64,000 nucleotides of DNA from Nibricoccus sp. (GTDB taxonomy: Bacteria > Verrucomicrobiota > Verrucomicrobiia > Opitutales > Opitutaceae): positions 3,264,001 through 3,328,000 of the forward strand of contig JASGHG010000001.1 in the NCBI GenBank assembly GCA_047602425.1. Direction: 5' to 3'. The notes under the pieces are model-generated. The model saw nothing but the letters and a program-made list of their open reading frames with translations. It was not told where the DNA came from and made no database searches. The translations under genes and the position numbers were made by a program. Below, one piece after another: positions 1 through 10,985 of this stretch (positions are counted from its first letter, which is position 1; each line of letters starts with the position of its first letter).

Positions 1-2
1 TG

Positions 3-547
3 GGTCCGCTCGGCCCGAAGGGAATGCCGGAGCTCGTCAAGATGGTTAAGAATCCGGACGTCACGGTGCGCATGCGCGGCGTGATGGAAAAGTGCACCTA
101 CTGCGTGCAACGCATCCAGCAGGCCAAGATCGCGCAGAAAGCGAAAGCCGGCGCATCCGACCGCGTGAAAATTCCCGATGGCACGATCAAGGTCGCCTGC
201 CAGCAGGTTTGCCCGGTTGAAGCGATTGTCTTTGGCGATATCTCCGATCCGCAAAGCGCCGTTTCGAAGGCGAAGGCTCTCGAACAAGACTACGCGCTCC
301 TCGGTTATCTCAATATCCGCCCGCGCACGACTTACCTCGGCAAACTCCGCAATCCGAATCCCGCGATGCCGGATTATGCCGCGATCAAAACGCCTTTTAG
401 CCGTCAGGAATACAACAACAAGAACCATCCCGGCGGTCACGACCACGAGTCGCATGAAAAAAGCGGCGCAGGTCATGAAGCCCCGGCGAAATCCGAGCAT
501 GGTCACACCGCACTCGAAACCTTCAAGCAGCTTGGAGGGCTCAGCTA

Positions 548-548
<1 letters not shown>
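3..548 (+). CDS. actB: Alternative complex III subunit B, C-terminal Fe-S part (5'-truncated by window edge)
   Basis: The frame is open from the window start. It carries [22 protein letters not shown] and [15 protein letters not shown] ferredoxin motifs and lies directly upstream of an NrfD-family gene. Confidence 0.9.
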
Positions 549-2011
<1,463 letters not shown>

Positions 2012-2019
2012 TTTCGAAC

Positions 2020-2553
2020 ATGGCTTCTCAACCACACGGCCTGATCGCCACCTTCACCACGGCGCCTGATGTCTATCATGCGGCGGAAAAAGTGCGCGAT
2101 GCGGGTTATAAATTCTGGGACTGCATCACGCCGTTCCCGATCCACGGCCTCGACAAGGCCATGGGCGTCAAACGTTCCATCGTCCCGCGCTTTTCCCTTG
2201 CTGGCGGCATCATCGGCTTTTGCACGGGCATGAGCATGATTTGGTTCATGAACGCGTTTGATTATCCGCTGGTTGTCGGCGGCAAACCGTACTTCAGCCC
2301 GATGTTCGCATTCCCCGTTTCGTACGAGCTCACGATCTTGTTCACCGCCTTCGCGACCATCGGTGGCATGTTTTTCCTGAATCGCCTTCCGATGCATTAT
2401 CATCCGGTGCTCAAGCACGACAATATTCACCGCGGAATGGACGACCATTTCTTTATCGTCATCGAATCTCGCGACCCGAAGTTCGATGCCGCCCGCACCC
2501 GTGCCCTGCTGGAAAAAGCCGGCGGCACCGATATCAAGGAGCTGGAGGCCTAA
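2020..2553 (+). CDS. actD: Alternative complex III subunit D (DUF3341 family)
   Basis: Motifs TPFPIHGLDKAMG, DYPLVVGGKP and FPVSYELTILF; position after actC. Confidence 0.92.
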   Translation: MASQPHGLIATFTTAPDVYHAAEKVRDAGYKFWDCITPFPIHGLDKAMGVKRSIVPRFSLAGGIIGFCTGMSMIWFMNAFDYPLVVGGKPYFSPMFAFPVSYELTILFTAFATIGGMFFLNRLPMHYHPVLKHDNIHRGMDDHFFIVIESRDPKFDAARTRALLEKAGGTDIKELEA

Positions 2554-2556
2554 ACC

Positions 2557-3192
2557 ATGCGCTACGCCTATTTCACCCTGGCCTTCCTCGTGGTGCTCAC
2601 GGTTTCCGTTCTCGGATTTCGCGACTCCAAATTCACCAGGCCGCCACTGATGGTTTTCCCTGACACGTTTTTTCCTGAAATGAATCATCAGGCGAAATAC
2701 AAGCCGCAGGCTTCGAGCGAATTTTTCGCCGATGGCCGTGCGGATCGTCCATTGCCCGCAGGCGTGGTGCCGCGTGGTTTTCTGCGCGACGACAGTCATC
2801 TTTACGCTGGTAAAACCGCTGATGGCCAATGGGCCAAAGGTTTCCCCGCCGCGGTAAAGGTCGACGCCCGTCTGATGGCGCGCGGCCGCGAACGTTTCAC
2901 CATTTATTGCGCCCCCTGCCATGGCGCCGCGGGTGACGGCAATGGCATAACCAAACAATACGGTATGGGTGCCACTCCCAGTTACCACGACGACCGTCTT
3001 CGTAACATGGCCGAAGGTGAAATTTTCAACACTATCACCAATGGCGCCAAAACCATGTCCCCTTACGGTGACAAACTTGTGCCCGAGGATCGCTGGGCGG
3101 TCATCGCCTACGTCCGCGCACTTCAGCGCGCGCAAAACGCCCGCGTCGAGGATGTCGAGCCCAACCACAAACAGGAGCTTGGCCTAAAATGA
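2557..3192 (+). CDS. actE: Alternative complex III subunit E, monoheme cytochrome c
   Basis: Single CAPCH heme motif, FFADGRADRP and DRWAVIAYVRALQ; operon position. Confidence 0.9.
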   Translation: MRYAYFTLAFLVVLTVSVLGFRDSKFTRPPLMVFPDTFFPEMNHQAKYKPQASSEFFADGRADRPLPAGVVPRGFLRDDSHLYAGKTADGQWAKGFPAAVKVDARLMARGRERFTIYCAPCHGAAGDGNGITKQYGMGATPSYHDDRLRNMAEGEIFNTITNGAKTMSPYGDKLVPEDRWAVIAYVRALQRAQNARVEDVEPNHKQELGLK

Positions 3193-4460
3193 GTTCACAC
3201 GCCGCAACCGCTCCCCAATCCTTGCCCGCCAATTCGCCCGGTTCGACCAAGGCGCTCATCATCGGTATTGTCGGTATCGCCGTCGCCGCCGGTGGACTTT
3301 TGCTCCCCCACAACACGCAGGCGGTCGCCCATTCCTGGCTCGTCGGTGTGACCTTTTGGACTGCCATCACCATCGGCATGCTGCTGATGACGATGATCCA
3401 TCACATTTTTGACGCTTCCTGGTCGACGGTGGTTCGTCGTCAATGGGAACACGGCATCGCCGCTTTTCCCTGGCTCGCGCTGCTGTTCGCACCGTTGTTG
3501 CTGGCCACTTGGTTTGGCCAGCGCGATCTCATCTGGCCCTGGATGAACCCTGCGCACGAATTGCACGGTCACGGCACGGTCGCGACCGACGTTCTTTACG
3601 CCAAGAAATCGGGTTTCCTGAACATCAATATGTTCACTGGCGGCACCGTCTTGTTTTTTTTCGTTTGGATCTGGCTTTCTTCGCGGTTGCGCAAGGCTTC
3701 TTTCACTCAGGATCTGGACGGCGACATCAAGTGGACGCGCATGAATCGCGTCACGACCGCCTTGGGCATTCCGCTGACTGCGCTGACCCTGACCTTTGCC
3801 GCTATCTACTGGATCAAGAGCCTCGAATACCACTGGTTCTCCACCATGTATGGCGTTTGGTTCTTCGCCAACTGCGTGCGCGGTGCGCTCTCAATCAGCG
3901 TGCTCATCATGCTCTGGTTGTATGTGCGCGGCGACTACAAGGGCATTCTCAACACCAACCACCTGCACTCCATCGGCCAGCTGATGCTCGCCTTCGTCGT
4001 GTTCTGGGCCTACGTGACGTTTTCGCAGTACTTCCTGATTTGGAACGCCAACGTTCCCGAGGAAACCTTCTGGTATAACCTTCGCGAAATCAACGCCGAC
4101 GGTTCTCCGAACCAATGGAAGTACGTCGGTATCATCGTCCTCGTCTTCGGCCATTTCCTCGTGCCATTCCTTTTCCTGCTCTCTTATAAAAACAAAATCG
4201 TTCACTCCCGCATCAAGCTCGTCGCGATCTGGGTTCCCTGCGTTATCTTTTTCGATCTTTGCTATAACATTCTTCCCGCGCTAAAAAACGAGCACGGCGA
4301 TGCCTTGCCGCTCTTTTCGCTCAACTTCCTTTGGACGGTTGCAGCCGTGATTGGCGTTGGCGGCATTTGGTTGTGGTCGTATCTCCGAAGCTTCCCGACC
4401 GCCAAACTCATCCCGATTCGCGATCCGCGCATCAACGAAAGCCTCCTGCACCATGAGTGA
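3189..4460 (+). CDS. actF: Alternative complex III subunit F, membrane protein
   Basis: Motifs SLEYHWFSTMYG and FWAYVTFSQYFLIWNANVPEETFWY; about 10 TM segments. Confidence 0.92.
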   Translation: MSSHAATAPQSLPANSPGSTKALIIGIVGIAVAAGGLLLPHNTQAVAHSWLVGVTFWTAITIGMLLMTMIHHIFDASWSTVVRRQWEHGIAAFPWLALLFAPLLLATWFGQRDLIWPWMNPAHELHGHGTVATDVLYAKKSGFLNINMFTGGTVLFFFVWIWLSSRLRKASFTQDLDGDIKWTRMNRVTTALGIPLTALTLTFAAIYWIKSLEYHWFSTMYGVWFFANCVRGALSISVLIMLWLYVRGDYKGILNTNHLHSIGQLMLAFVVFWAYVTFSQYFLIWNANVPEETFWYNLREINADGSPNQWKYVGIIVLVFGHFLVPFLFLLSYKNKIVHSRIKLVAIWVPCVIFFDLCYNILPALKNEHGDALPLFSLNFLWTVAAVIGVGGIWLWSYLRSFPTAKLIPIRDPRINESLLHHE

Positions 4461-4746
4461 CGCTGCTTCCAAATCCGGTTTTCTGACCACCGCCGCCGCC
4501 GTTGTCGGTGGCTTCCTGATCTTCGTTCTGATCCTCGTGATCGCGTACCTTCCGGGCAAACCTGCGCCTTTGCCCGAAGGCACCAAGACGCCTCAGGAAC
4601 GCGCCCAAATTCTCCGCGACATGCGCGCCAAGGAAACCGCAGCCACCACGACGTACGGTTGGGTCGATCAGTCAAAAGGCGTTGTACGCATCCCGGTTGA
4701 TCGCGCCATGCAGCTGACGATCGACGAACTCAACGCCAAGAAATAA
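4453..4746 (+). CDS. Small single-TM protein, ActG-like
   Basis: ATG at 4453 overlaps the end of actF. One TM helix is followed by YGWVDQSKGVVRIPVDRAM, resembling ActG-type proteins. Confidence 0.7.
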   Translation: MSDAASKSGFLTTAAAVVGGFLIFVLILVIAYLPGKPAPLPEGTKTPQERAQILRDMRAKETAATTTYGWVDQSKGVVRIPVDRAMQLTIDELNAKK

Positions 4747-4752
4747 TTTGTC

Positions 4753-4956
4753 ATGGAATGGGTTTTCTACGGCATCGCATTTCTGGTTTCCGTTCTGGTG
4801 ACCGGTTCGGCCGTATATGCCCTTTACTGGTCTTCAAAAAAAGGCCAGTTGCGCGACCTTGATCAGGGCGCACTTTCCATTTTCGATGAAAAGGAACCCG
4901 TTGGCCAGCCGACGGATTTCTTTCCCGGCAAGAAAACGTCGCGCTCGGCGCGCTGA
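4753..4956 (+). CDS. ccoS: cbb3-type cytochrome oxidase maturation protein (CcoS/FixS family)
   Basis: 67 aa; N-terminal TM helix followed by WSSKKGQLRDLDQGALSIFD. Confidence 0.8.
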   Translation: MEWVFYGIAFLVSVLVTGSAVYALYWSSKKGQLRDLDQGALSIFDEKEPVGQPTDFFPGKKTSRSAR

Positions 4957-4976
4957 ATCAACTTCTAACACTCGCA

Positions 4977-6458
4977 ATGGCTTCCGCACCCAATCTCGCC
5001 GCATCGTTTGATCCGTCGACGTCTCCTGATCTGGTGAAACGGGCCGAGTTGAGCGAAATCGACGCTTCCACCAAGGCTCCGGTCCTTTTCTTCCTCGCCT
5101 CGGCGGTGCTTTGGCTGCTCGCCGGCACGACGTTCGCGCTGATTGCCTCCTTTAAGCTCCATACGCCCGGGTTTCTTGGCGACATCGAGTGGTTGACGTT
5201 CGGTCGTGCGCGCTCCGCTCATCTGAACATCGTTGTTTATGGCTGGAGCGTGAATTCGGCTTTTGCCGTCGCCTTTTGGTTGATGGCCCGCCTTTCGCGC
5301 AGCGTGTTGCGCCATTCCGGCCTGCTCATGATCGCCGGAGCCTTTTGGAATATCGGCGTCACGATCGGCATCGTCGGCATTCTCGCCGGCGACTCGACTT
5401 CCATCGAATGGCTCGAAATGCCGCTCTATGCGACTCCGCTGCTTTTTGTCGCTTACGCCTTGGTCGGTGCCTGGGCCATCATCACTTTCCGTTTTGGCAA
5501 ATCCGGCCATATCTACGTTTCGCAGTGGTACCTGCTGGCGGCCCTCTTTTGGTTTCCCTGGCTGTATTCGGTCGCGCAGATCATGCTCGTTCTTGAGCCG
5601 GCGCGCGGCACGGTGCAGGCGCTCGTCAACTGGTGGTTTGCCCACAACGTCCTCGGCCTCTGGTTTACGCCCATCGGTCTCGCGGCGGTGTATTACTTCT
5701 TGCCGAAGGTTCTGGGTAAGCCGATTCACAGTTATTATCTTTCGATCCTTGGTTTCTGGTCGCTGGCGCTTTTCTACAATTGGGCTGGCGTTCATCACTT
5801 GATCGGCGGGCCGGTCCCGGCTTGGGTCATCACGGCTGGTATTTCCGCCAGTTTCATGATGGCCATCCCAGTCGTTGTAACCGGCATCAATCATCACCTC
5901 ACGATGATCGGGAGTTTCAATGCGTTGAAATACAGTCCGACGCTTCGCTTCATTGTTTTCGGCGCCATTAGTTATACGATCACGAGTTTGATTGGTTCGG
6001 TCATGGCCGACCGACAGGTCAGCGAGGTTGTGCACTTCACCCATTTCACCGTGGCCCATGCTCACCAGGGCATGTACGCGTTCTTCACCATGGTGATGTT
6101 TGGCTCCATTTACTACATCCTGCCGCGCATCCTTCTCAAGGAGTGGCCGTCGGGCATGTTGATCAAGGTTCATTTCTGGACGACCGCGATTGGCATTACG
6201 ATCTATGTTGCCGCGCTTTCGATTGGTGGCGTGAAGCAGGGTCTCGAAATGAATAACGCCGATATTCCTTTCCTGAAAGTCGTGGCTAACACCATTCCAT
6301 ACCTCCTCACGCGCAGCCAGGCTGGCGTGCTCATCACCATCGGCCATCTGGCCTTCGCGGTGAATATCGTCTGGATGTTCCTCCGTCCGCGCGCCCCGCA
6401 GGCCACGGCGCCCACGCTTTTCCGTAATCCGCCCGAAATGGAGGTTGCCTCCCGATGA
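4977..6458 (+). CDS. ccoN: cbb3-type cytochrome c oxidase subunit I
   Basis: LTFGRARSAHLN, WWFAHNVLGLWFTP, FYNWAGVHHL and FTVAHAH supply the heme/CuB His ligands and the helix-VII Tyr. Confidence 0.92.
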   Translation: MASAPNLAASFDPSTSPDLVKRAELSEIDASTKAPVLFFLASAVLWLLAGTTFALIASFKLHTPGFLGDIEWLTFGRARSAHLNIVVYGWSVNSAFAVAFWLMARLSRSVLRHSGLLMIAGAFWNIGVTIGIVGILAGDSTSIEWLEMPLYATPLLFVAYALVGAWAIITFRFGKSGHIYVSQWYLLAALFWFPWLYSVAQIMLVLEPARGTVQALVNWWFAHNVLGLWFTPIGLAAVYYFLPKVLGKPIHSYYLSILGFWSLALFYNWAGVHHLIGGPVPAWVITAGISASFMMAIPVVVTGINHHLTMIGSFNALKYSPTLRFIVFGAISYTITSLIGSVMADRQVSEVVHFTHFTVAHAHQGMYAFFTMVMFGSIYYILPRILLKEWPSGMLIKVHFWTTAIGITIYVAALSIGGVKQGLEMNNADIPFLKVVANTIPYLLTRSQAGVLITIGHLAFAVNIVWMFLRPRAPQATAPTLFRNPPEMEVASR

Positions 6459-7111
6459 ACCGCGCTCCGCTTATTTTTCTCGGTATTTTCTTCACCCTGG
6501 CATTTTCCTGGACCGGCATCATTTTGACGAACCAGTTGAGCTACGGCAAACTGGAGCCGATCACCGACGCGACGGAAAACAAATCCTATCCCGAGCAGCT
6601 TCCTGGCCTCGCCGCGCAGGGCAAACTCGTGTATCAGGATCTTGGTTGCATCTATTGCCACACGCAGCAGGTTCGCCGCCCCGGTTATGGCGCCGACGAC
6701 AAACGTGGTTGGGGTGATCGCCAAAGCGTGGCCCGCGACTACATTCGCGAGGGCCGCGTCCTCCTCGGCACCATGCGTACCGGTCCCGATCTCCGCAATA
6801 TCGGGGCGCGTCAGGGTTCCCGCGAATGGCAGATGCTTCATCTCTACGATCCGCAGATCACTTCCAAAGGCTCCATCATGGCGCCCTTCGCCTTTCTTTT
6901 CGAGACGCGCAAAATCGTTGGCCAGCCCTCGCCGAAAGCCATCAAACTTCCCGCCCCGCACACGCCCGCGCCTGGCTATGAAGTGGTGCCGACACACCGC
7001 GCCGAAGCGCTGGTGGCTTATCTCCTGAGCTTGAAGGACACCTACGCCTATCCGGAAACGCACAACGTCTACGTTCCACCCGCTGCGGAAAAGAAGGAGG
7101 GCCACCCATGA
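6455..7111 (+). CDS. ccoO: cbb3-type cytochrome c oxidase subunit II
   Basis: GCIYCHTQQVR, LGTMRTGPDL and HLYDP...GSIM motifs. Confidence 0.92.
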   Translation: MNRAPLIFLGIFFTLAFSWTGIILTNQLSYGKLEPITDATENKSYPEQLPGLAAQGKLVYQDLGCIYCHTQQVRRPGYGADDKRGWGDRQSVARDYIREGRVLLGTMRTGPDLRNIGARQGSREWQMLHLYDPQITSKGSIMAPFAFLFETRKIVGQPSPKAIKLPAPHTPAPGYEVVPTHRAEALVAYLLSLKDTYAYPETHNVYVPPAAEKKEGHP

Positions 7112-7782
7112 GCGCGCCCGATCCAAAGGGAACCAATCCCCAGATTGAACAGGCCGGCGCCTCCGACGAGAGCATCCAGCAGGTTCACTCGATTCTTCTT
7201 CGCGAAAAACCGGAGCCTACCGAAAGCAAGATGCCCATGCCGCTCTTCATGCTCGGTTTCATCTCGGCGATGGTGCTGACGGTCGCTATTTATTTCGTGC
7301 ACAACCGTGGTGGCTTCAGTCCTATGGTGTACGACGAACGGTTCGATCCGGCGACGGCCCCGTCTAGTCAGCAGGAAGTCAAAGTTGATCCAGTCGCCCA
7401 GGGTAAAAAACTGTACAACACCGTTTGCGCAGCCTGTCATCAGGCGACCGGCATGGGCGTCCCCGGGGCGTTTCCTCCTCTGGCGAAATCCGATTGGGCC
7501 AACGGCAGCGAAGAGCGGGTCATCCGTATTCTTCTGCACGGCCTGAGCGGGCCAATCACGGTTAACGGAAGCAATTTCAACAGCGTCATGCCCGCTATCG
7601 GCCCCGGCAGCGGCTACAACTTTACGGACGAAAAAATCGCCTACGTGCTGACCTACGTTCGTCAGGAGTGGGGAAATTCCGCACCCGCGATCACACCCGA
7701 AAAGGTGAAGGAAATTCGCACGGGAGCCGCCGCTGGACGCACGACTCCTTGGACTGCCTCTGAGCTCGAGGCGATCAAGTGA
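7108..7782 (+). CDS. Membrane-anchored monoheme cytochrome c (CcoP-position subunit)
   Basis: One TM helix and a single CAACHQATGMGVPGAFPPLA motif; translationally coupled to ccoO. Confidence 0.85.
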   Translation: MSAPDPKGTNPQIEQAGASDESIQQVHSILLREKPEPTESKMPMPLFMLGFISAMVLTVAIYFVHNRGGFSPMVYDERFDPATAPSSQQEVKVDPVAQGKKLYNTVCAACHQATGMGVPGAFPPLAKSDWANGSEERVIRILLHGLSGPITVNGSNFNSVMPAIGPGSGYNFTDEKIAYVLTYVRQEWGNSAPAITPEKVKEIRTGAAAGRTTPWTASELEAIK

Positions 7783-7806
7783 GCGCGGGCTCTGTGTAGC
7801 CAGGCC

Positions 7807-8523
7807 TCAATTGCGCCTGCATTCGACGCGCATCAAAGTCCAAGTGACCTCAACTGTGCCATCGGGACCTGCGTAACGACGATCGAATTCAGCCATCAGC
7901 GAGCGCAGTTCACCGATTCGCAACTGCGGCGTCCGGGACGTGGCGCCGGTATCATGGAGCTGCCGAAGGAACTCGCGTGTGCCAGCATGGTGCTGCTTGA
8001 TGGTTTTGGTTTCCCAGCGAAACACGGAAAAACCGGCGCGTTGCAGCATGCCGATCCACGTTTCCGTCGAATGCCACTGCACAAGTTCAAGGCGCTTGGT
8101 GATGGCAGACAGTTCTGGCAGGGTTGGCGTCACAAACAGCCCATGAACCATTCGTCCCCCTGGGATGATGAGCGGAAGCCAGCTCTTGAGAACACGCTGG
8201 GGCTCGGGGGCCCATTGCAACATGGCCGATGAAAAAATCCGATCAACCGGCGCCATCGATGGATTCCAAGCGTTGGCGATTTCCCAGCGCACTTTGGGCA
8301 ACCGTTCCCGCCCGATCCGCAACATCTCAGGACTGAGGTCAGTCGCGGTCAACTGACCGCGATTTTCCAGGCGACGGGTTAATAAACCTGTCCCAGCGCC
8401 AAATTCCAAGGCCCGCGTCGTTGCGGGCCAATGAGGTTCGATCCATTCGGCGACCCAGTCGGCGAGAGTTGCCTGGATCGTTGCTGACTTTTCGTATACC
8501 GAAGCTTTTTGGTTAAAGCGCAT
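7807..8523 (-). CDS. bioC: Malonyl-ACP O-methyltransferase
   Basis: Start reassigned to ATG 8523 (MRFNQKASVYEKSATIQ). SAM motif LEFGAGTG and SSAMLQW; last gene of the bio operon. Confidence 0.85.
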   Translation of the reverse strand: MRFNQKASVYEKSATIQATLADWVAEWIEPHWPATTRALEFGAGTGLLTRRLENRGQLTATDLSPEMLRIGRERLPKVRWEIANAWNPSMAPVDRIFSSAMLQWAPEPQRVLKSWLPLIIPGGRMVHGLFVTPTLPELSAITKRLELVQWHSTETWIGMLQRAGFSVFRWETKTIKQHHAGTREFLRQLHDTGATSRTPQLRIGELRSLMAEFDRRYAGPDGTVEVTWTLMRVECRRN

Positions 8524-9133
8524 GGTTGTATATCTCGGCAGACACCGCGGCCAAAAGGGCTTTTGGATCATGTCCGGCTTGCGGGACAATCCGTAACTCC
8601 GGCCAATGGCGGGCGAGTTCGATGGCATCCACCAGCGAATCGAGCGCGCCGACGTAGGCATGCCAAGTACGAACTTCATCCGGCACCTTCGAAAGACTGA
8701 CGTCGTTTAAAAACGTGAGTCCTTCGGTGAATTCGTCCTTCAAAGGAGGATGCGTCGTGGGAGCGGACAGATTTGCCCGCTTCGAAAAATCACAAACTGC
8801 CGCCGATGCGTCGACTGCGAGGTTGCGAGACACCACTCGCAATTGTGACCGTCGCACACGTCCTCCCACGCCGGCTTCTGCCGGAAAGGCGATGAAGGGC
8901 GCAAGTAGATATGGGGATTGTTTCGGCTTCCAGCCGCGGGCTGCGGCGTCGATCAAAAGCCAGGCTCCGAGTGAGTAACCGGCAAAAATATCGACGTTGC
9001 TGGCGAGCAATTTATCCCGGCCTGAACGCGTGGGCGCCTCGACCACTGGCTCAATGCCCGGAAGGAGTTCGCGGCACAATGCCTTAAACGCGTTGCGATC
9101 AATGCTCCAGCCGCAAAGCCAGCCCCATTTCAT
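8513..9133 (-). CDS. Alpha/beta hydrolase, putative pimeloyl-ACP methyl ester esterase (BioH-equivalent)
   Basis: GYSLG nucleophile elbow, GALDSLV (Asp) and AGHD (His); lies between bioF and bioC. Confidence 0.7.
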   Translation of the reverse strand: MKWGWLCGWSIDRNAFKALCRELLPGIEPVVEAPTRSGRDKLLASNVDIFAGYSLGAWLLIDAAARGWKPKQSPYLLAPFIAFPAEAGVGGRVRRSQLRVVSRNLAVDASAAVCDFSKRANLSAPTTHPPLKDEFTEGLTFLNDVSLSKVPDEVRTWHAYVGALDSLVDAIELARHWPELRIVPQAGHDPKALLAAVSAEIYNHAL

Positions 9134-10284
9134 GCGAGTCCCTCCTTAAGTGCTTCTGTAACACGCGCGAGTTCCGTTGCGCCCAATCCTCGTCGCAGCG
9201 ATAGGCGCAGCCTCGAACTCCCATTTGGCACGGTCGGCGGCCGGATCGTACCCACTCGAATGCCCTGTTTCTTGAAAAACGCTCCGCAGCGCAAAGCGCG
9301 TTCGGTGCTACCGAGCGGAATGGGGATTACCGGCGAATCGCCCTGCGAAACTTCAGGCACGATCTGGCGCAGGGATTCACGCCAAGCGATGGAGAGATAC
9401 TGACACGCAGACAGAGATGTTTTTGCTAGATCCTTCACCCGTTGAATGGCTGCGAGTGCCGCCGCCGCATTTGCCGGTGGCAAGTAGGTCGAGTAAATGA
9501 ATTCGCCGGCAAAATTTATAAAATGTCGGCGCAGATAAGGATTATGAAACACGGTAAAAGCCCCGCAACTGCCCAGCGCTTTGCCCAAAGTACCCACCAG
9601 CACGTCGACGGACTGGGTGATGCCTGTTCGCGCAGCGAGCCCGGCTCCGTACCAACCTATTGCGTGGGCTTCGTCGAGGACCCAGATGAATCCGTATTTC
9701 TCTTTCAGGGCTGCCAAACCCGCTAGATCAGGCGTGTCTCCATCCATTGAATACACCGACTCGGTGACGACGAAGATGGTTTTCCCTTCGGAATCGATCA
9801 TCTCAAGCAAACGGCGCAGCGCATCGAGGTCATTGTGGGCAAATCGTTGCAGGCGTGCTCCTGAATGTAATGCGCCCGCGAGGAGGCTATGATGGACAAG
9901 GCGATCCGCCAGGATGACGTCGCCTTTTTGCGGCAAGGTACCAAGGACAGCTCCGTTGGCGGAATAACCGCTATTCCACACGAGGCCGTGTGGGAACCCA
10001 ACCCAGTTGCAAAGTTCTCGTTCCAGCGCGGCATGTTCACTCGTGTATCCACTGATGAGAGGTGAAGCCGAGCTTGATGCGCCCCAGCGTTGCAATGCCT
10101 CGGCGGCGGCCTTGACGACGAGTGGATCGTGCGCCAAACCGAGATAGTCATTACCGGCAAGATCGAGTAGGGCATCGTTGCATTCACGAATCGTGAGGAC
10201 ACGTTCGAGGTTATTTTGGACGCGTTCGTTCAACGCGGTTCCTATTCGCGAGAAGAAACGATCTTTGCCGCTGGATATTGTCAT
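9130..10284 (-). CDS. bioF: 8-amino-7-oxononanoate synthase
   Basis: NDYLGLA, ESVYSMDGD, DEAHAIG, GTLGKALG (PLP Lys) and IRPPTVP. Start 10284 overlaps the bioD stop (ATGA). Confidence 0.93.
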   Translation of the reverse strand: MTISSGKDRFFSRIGTALNERVQNNLERVLTIRECNDALLDLAGNDYLGLAHDPLVVKAAAEALQRWGASSSASPLISGYTSEHAALERELCNWVGFPHGLVWNSGYSANGAVLGTLPQKGDVILADRLVHHSLLAGALHSGARLQRFAHNDLDALRRLLEMIDSEGKTIFVVTESVYSMDGDTPDLAGLAALKEKYGFIWVLDEAHAIGWYGAGLAARTGITQSVDVLVGTLGKALGSCGAFTVFHNPYLRRHFINFAGEFIYSTYLPPANAAAALAAIQRVKDLAKTSLSACQYLSIAWRESLRQIVPEVSQGDSPVIPIPLGSTERALRCGAFFKKQGIRVGTIRPPTVPNGSSRLRLSLRRGLGATELARVTEALKEGLA

Positions 10285-10985
10285 CGTGTACGTGTTGCCT
10301 GACCCGCTCGGGTGATTGAACGCGACAGAAAAGAGGCCACTGCTTCGGGCGACGGAAACAGGCGTATTCCACTGGCACGCAGTCCCTGACGATTGCTTCG
10401 ATGCACGGCGGACGATGACGAACGAAGCCGGTTTAGGATGAAGCAACAGTTCGGGACCTCCTTGGCCGCGGCATACGTGGCGAGCAATCGCGCTTGATTG
10501 ATTGCACCGAGGCGATCCTCAACCACTAGCAGAGTTATATCAGCGCGAATCGCACTCGCGAAGTCAGCCCAATCGCAACCTTTGGAATCGATTGGCACGG
10601 CGAGGCCGCCGGCTCCTTCGACAAGTCGACAATTGACGGCAGGCGTATTGTTGAGGGCGCGCAGGAGGGCCGCGAGCGTGAATCGAGAGCCATCAGCTTT
10701 TGCCGCGGCAAGCGGCGCCAGGGGTTGTCTGAAGCGAAACAAGGTCCGATGTGTGGCGTTGGCATGATTTGCGACGGCGCTGGCGCGATCTGCATCGCCT
10801 TTTTCACGAGCGCGAACGCCGGTCTCGACGGCTTTGACGATTTCAATTTTGTGTCCCCGTTGCGCGAGAGCACGCGCGACTAGGCCTAGCACGTGAGTTT
10901 TGCCGACGCCGGTGTCATTGCCACTGATCAACACCGTGAAAGGGGAACCGCGATGAAGGGACTTGGTCTTTTTGCGCGGCTTCAT
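10281..10985 (-). CDS. bioD: Dethiobiotin synthase
   Basis: [10 protein letters not shown]-loop, [10 protein letters not shown] and LGAINQA. Confidence 0.93.
   Translation of the reverse strand: MKPRKKTKSLHRGSPFTVLISGNDTGVGKTHVLGLVARALAQRGHKIEIVKAVETGVRAREKGDADRASAVANHANATHRTLFRFRQPLAPLAAAKADGSRFTLAALLRALNNTPAVNCRLVEGAGGLAVPIDSKGCDWADFASAIRADITLLVVEDRLGAINQARLLATYAAAKEVPNCCFILNRLRSSSSAVHRSNRQGLRASGIRLFPSPEAVASFLSRSITRAGQATRTR

Noticed and set aside
4965..6347. 460-aa minus-strand ORF
   Set aside because: Antisense shadow of ccoN with no recognisable motifs; long shadow ORFs are expected at high GC.
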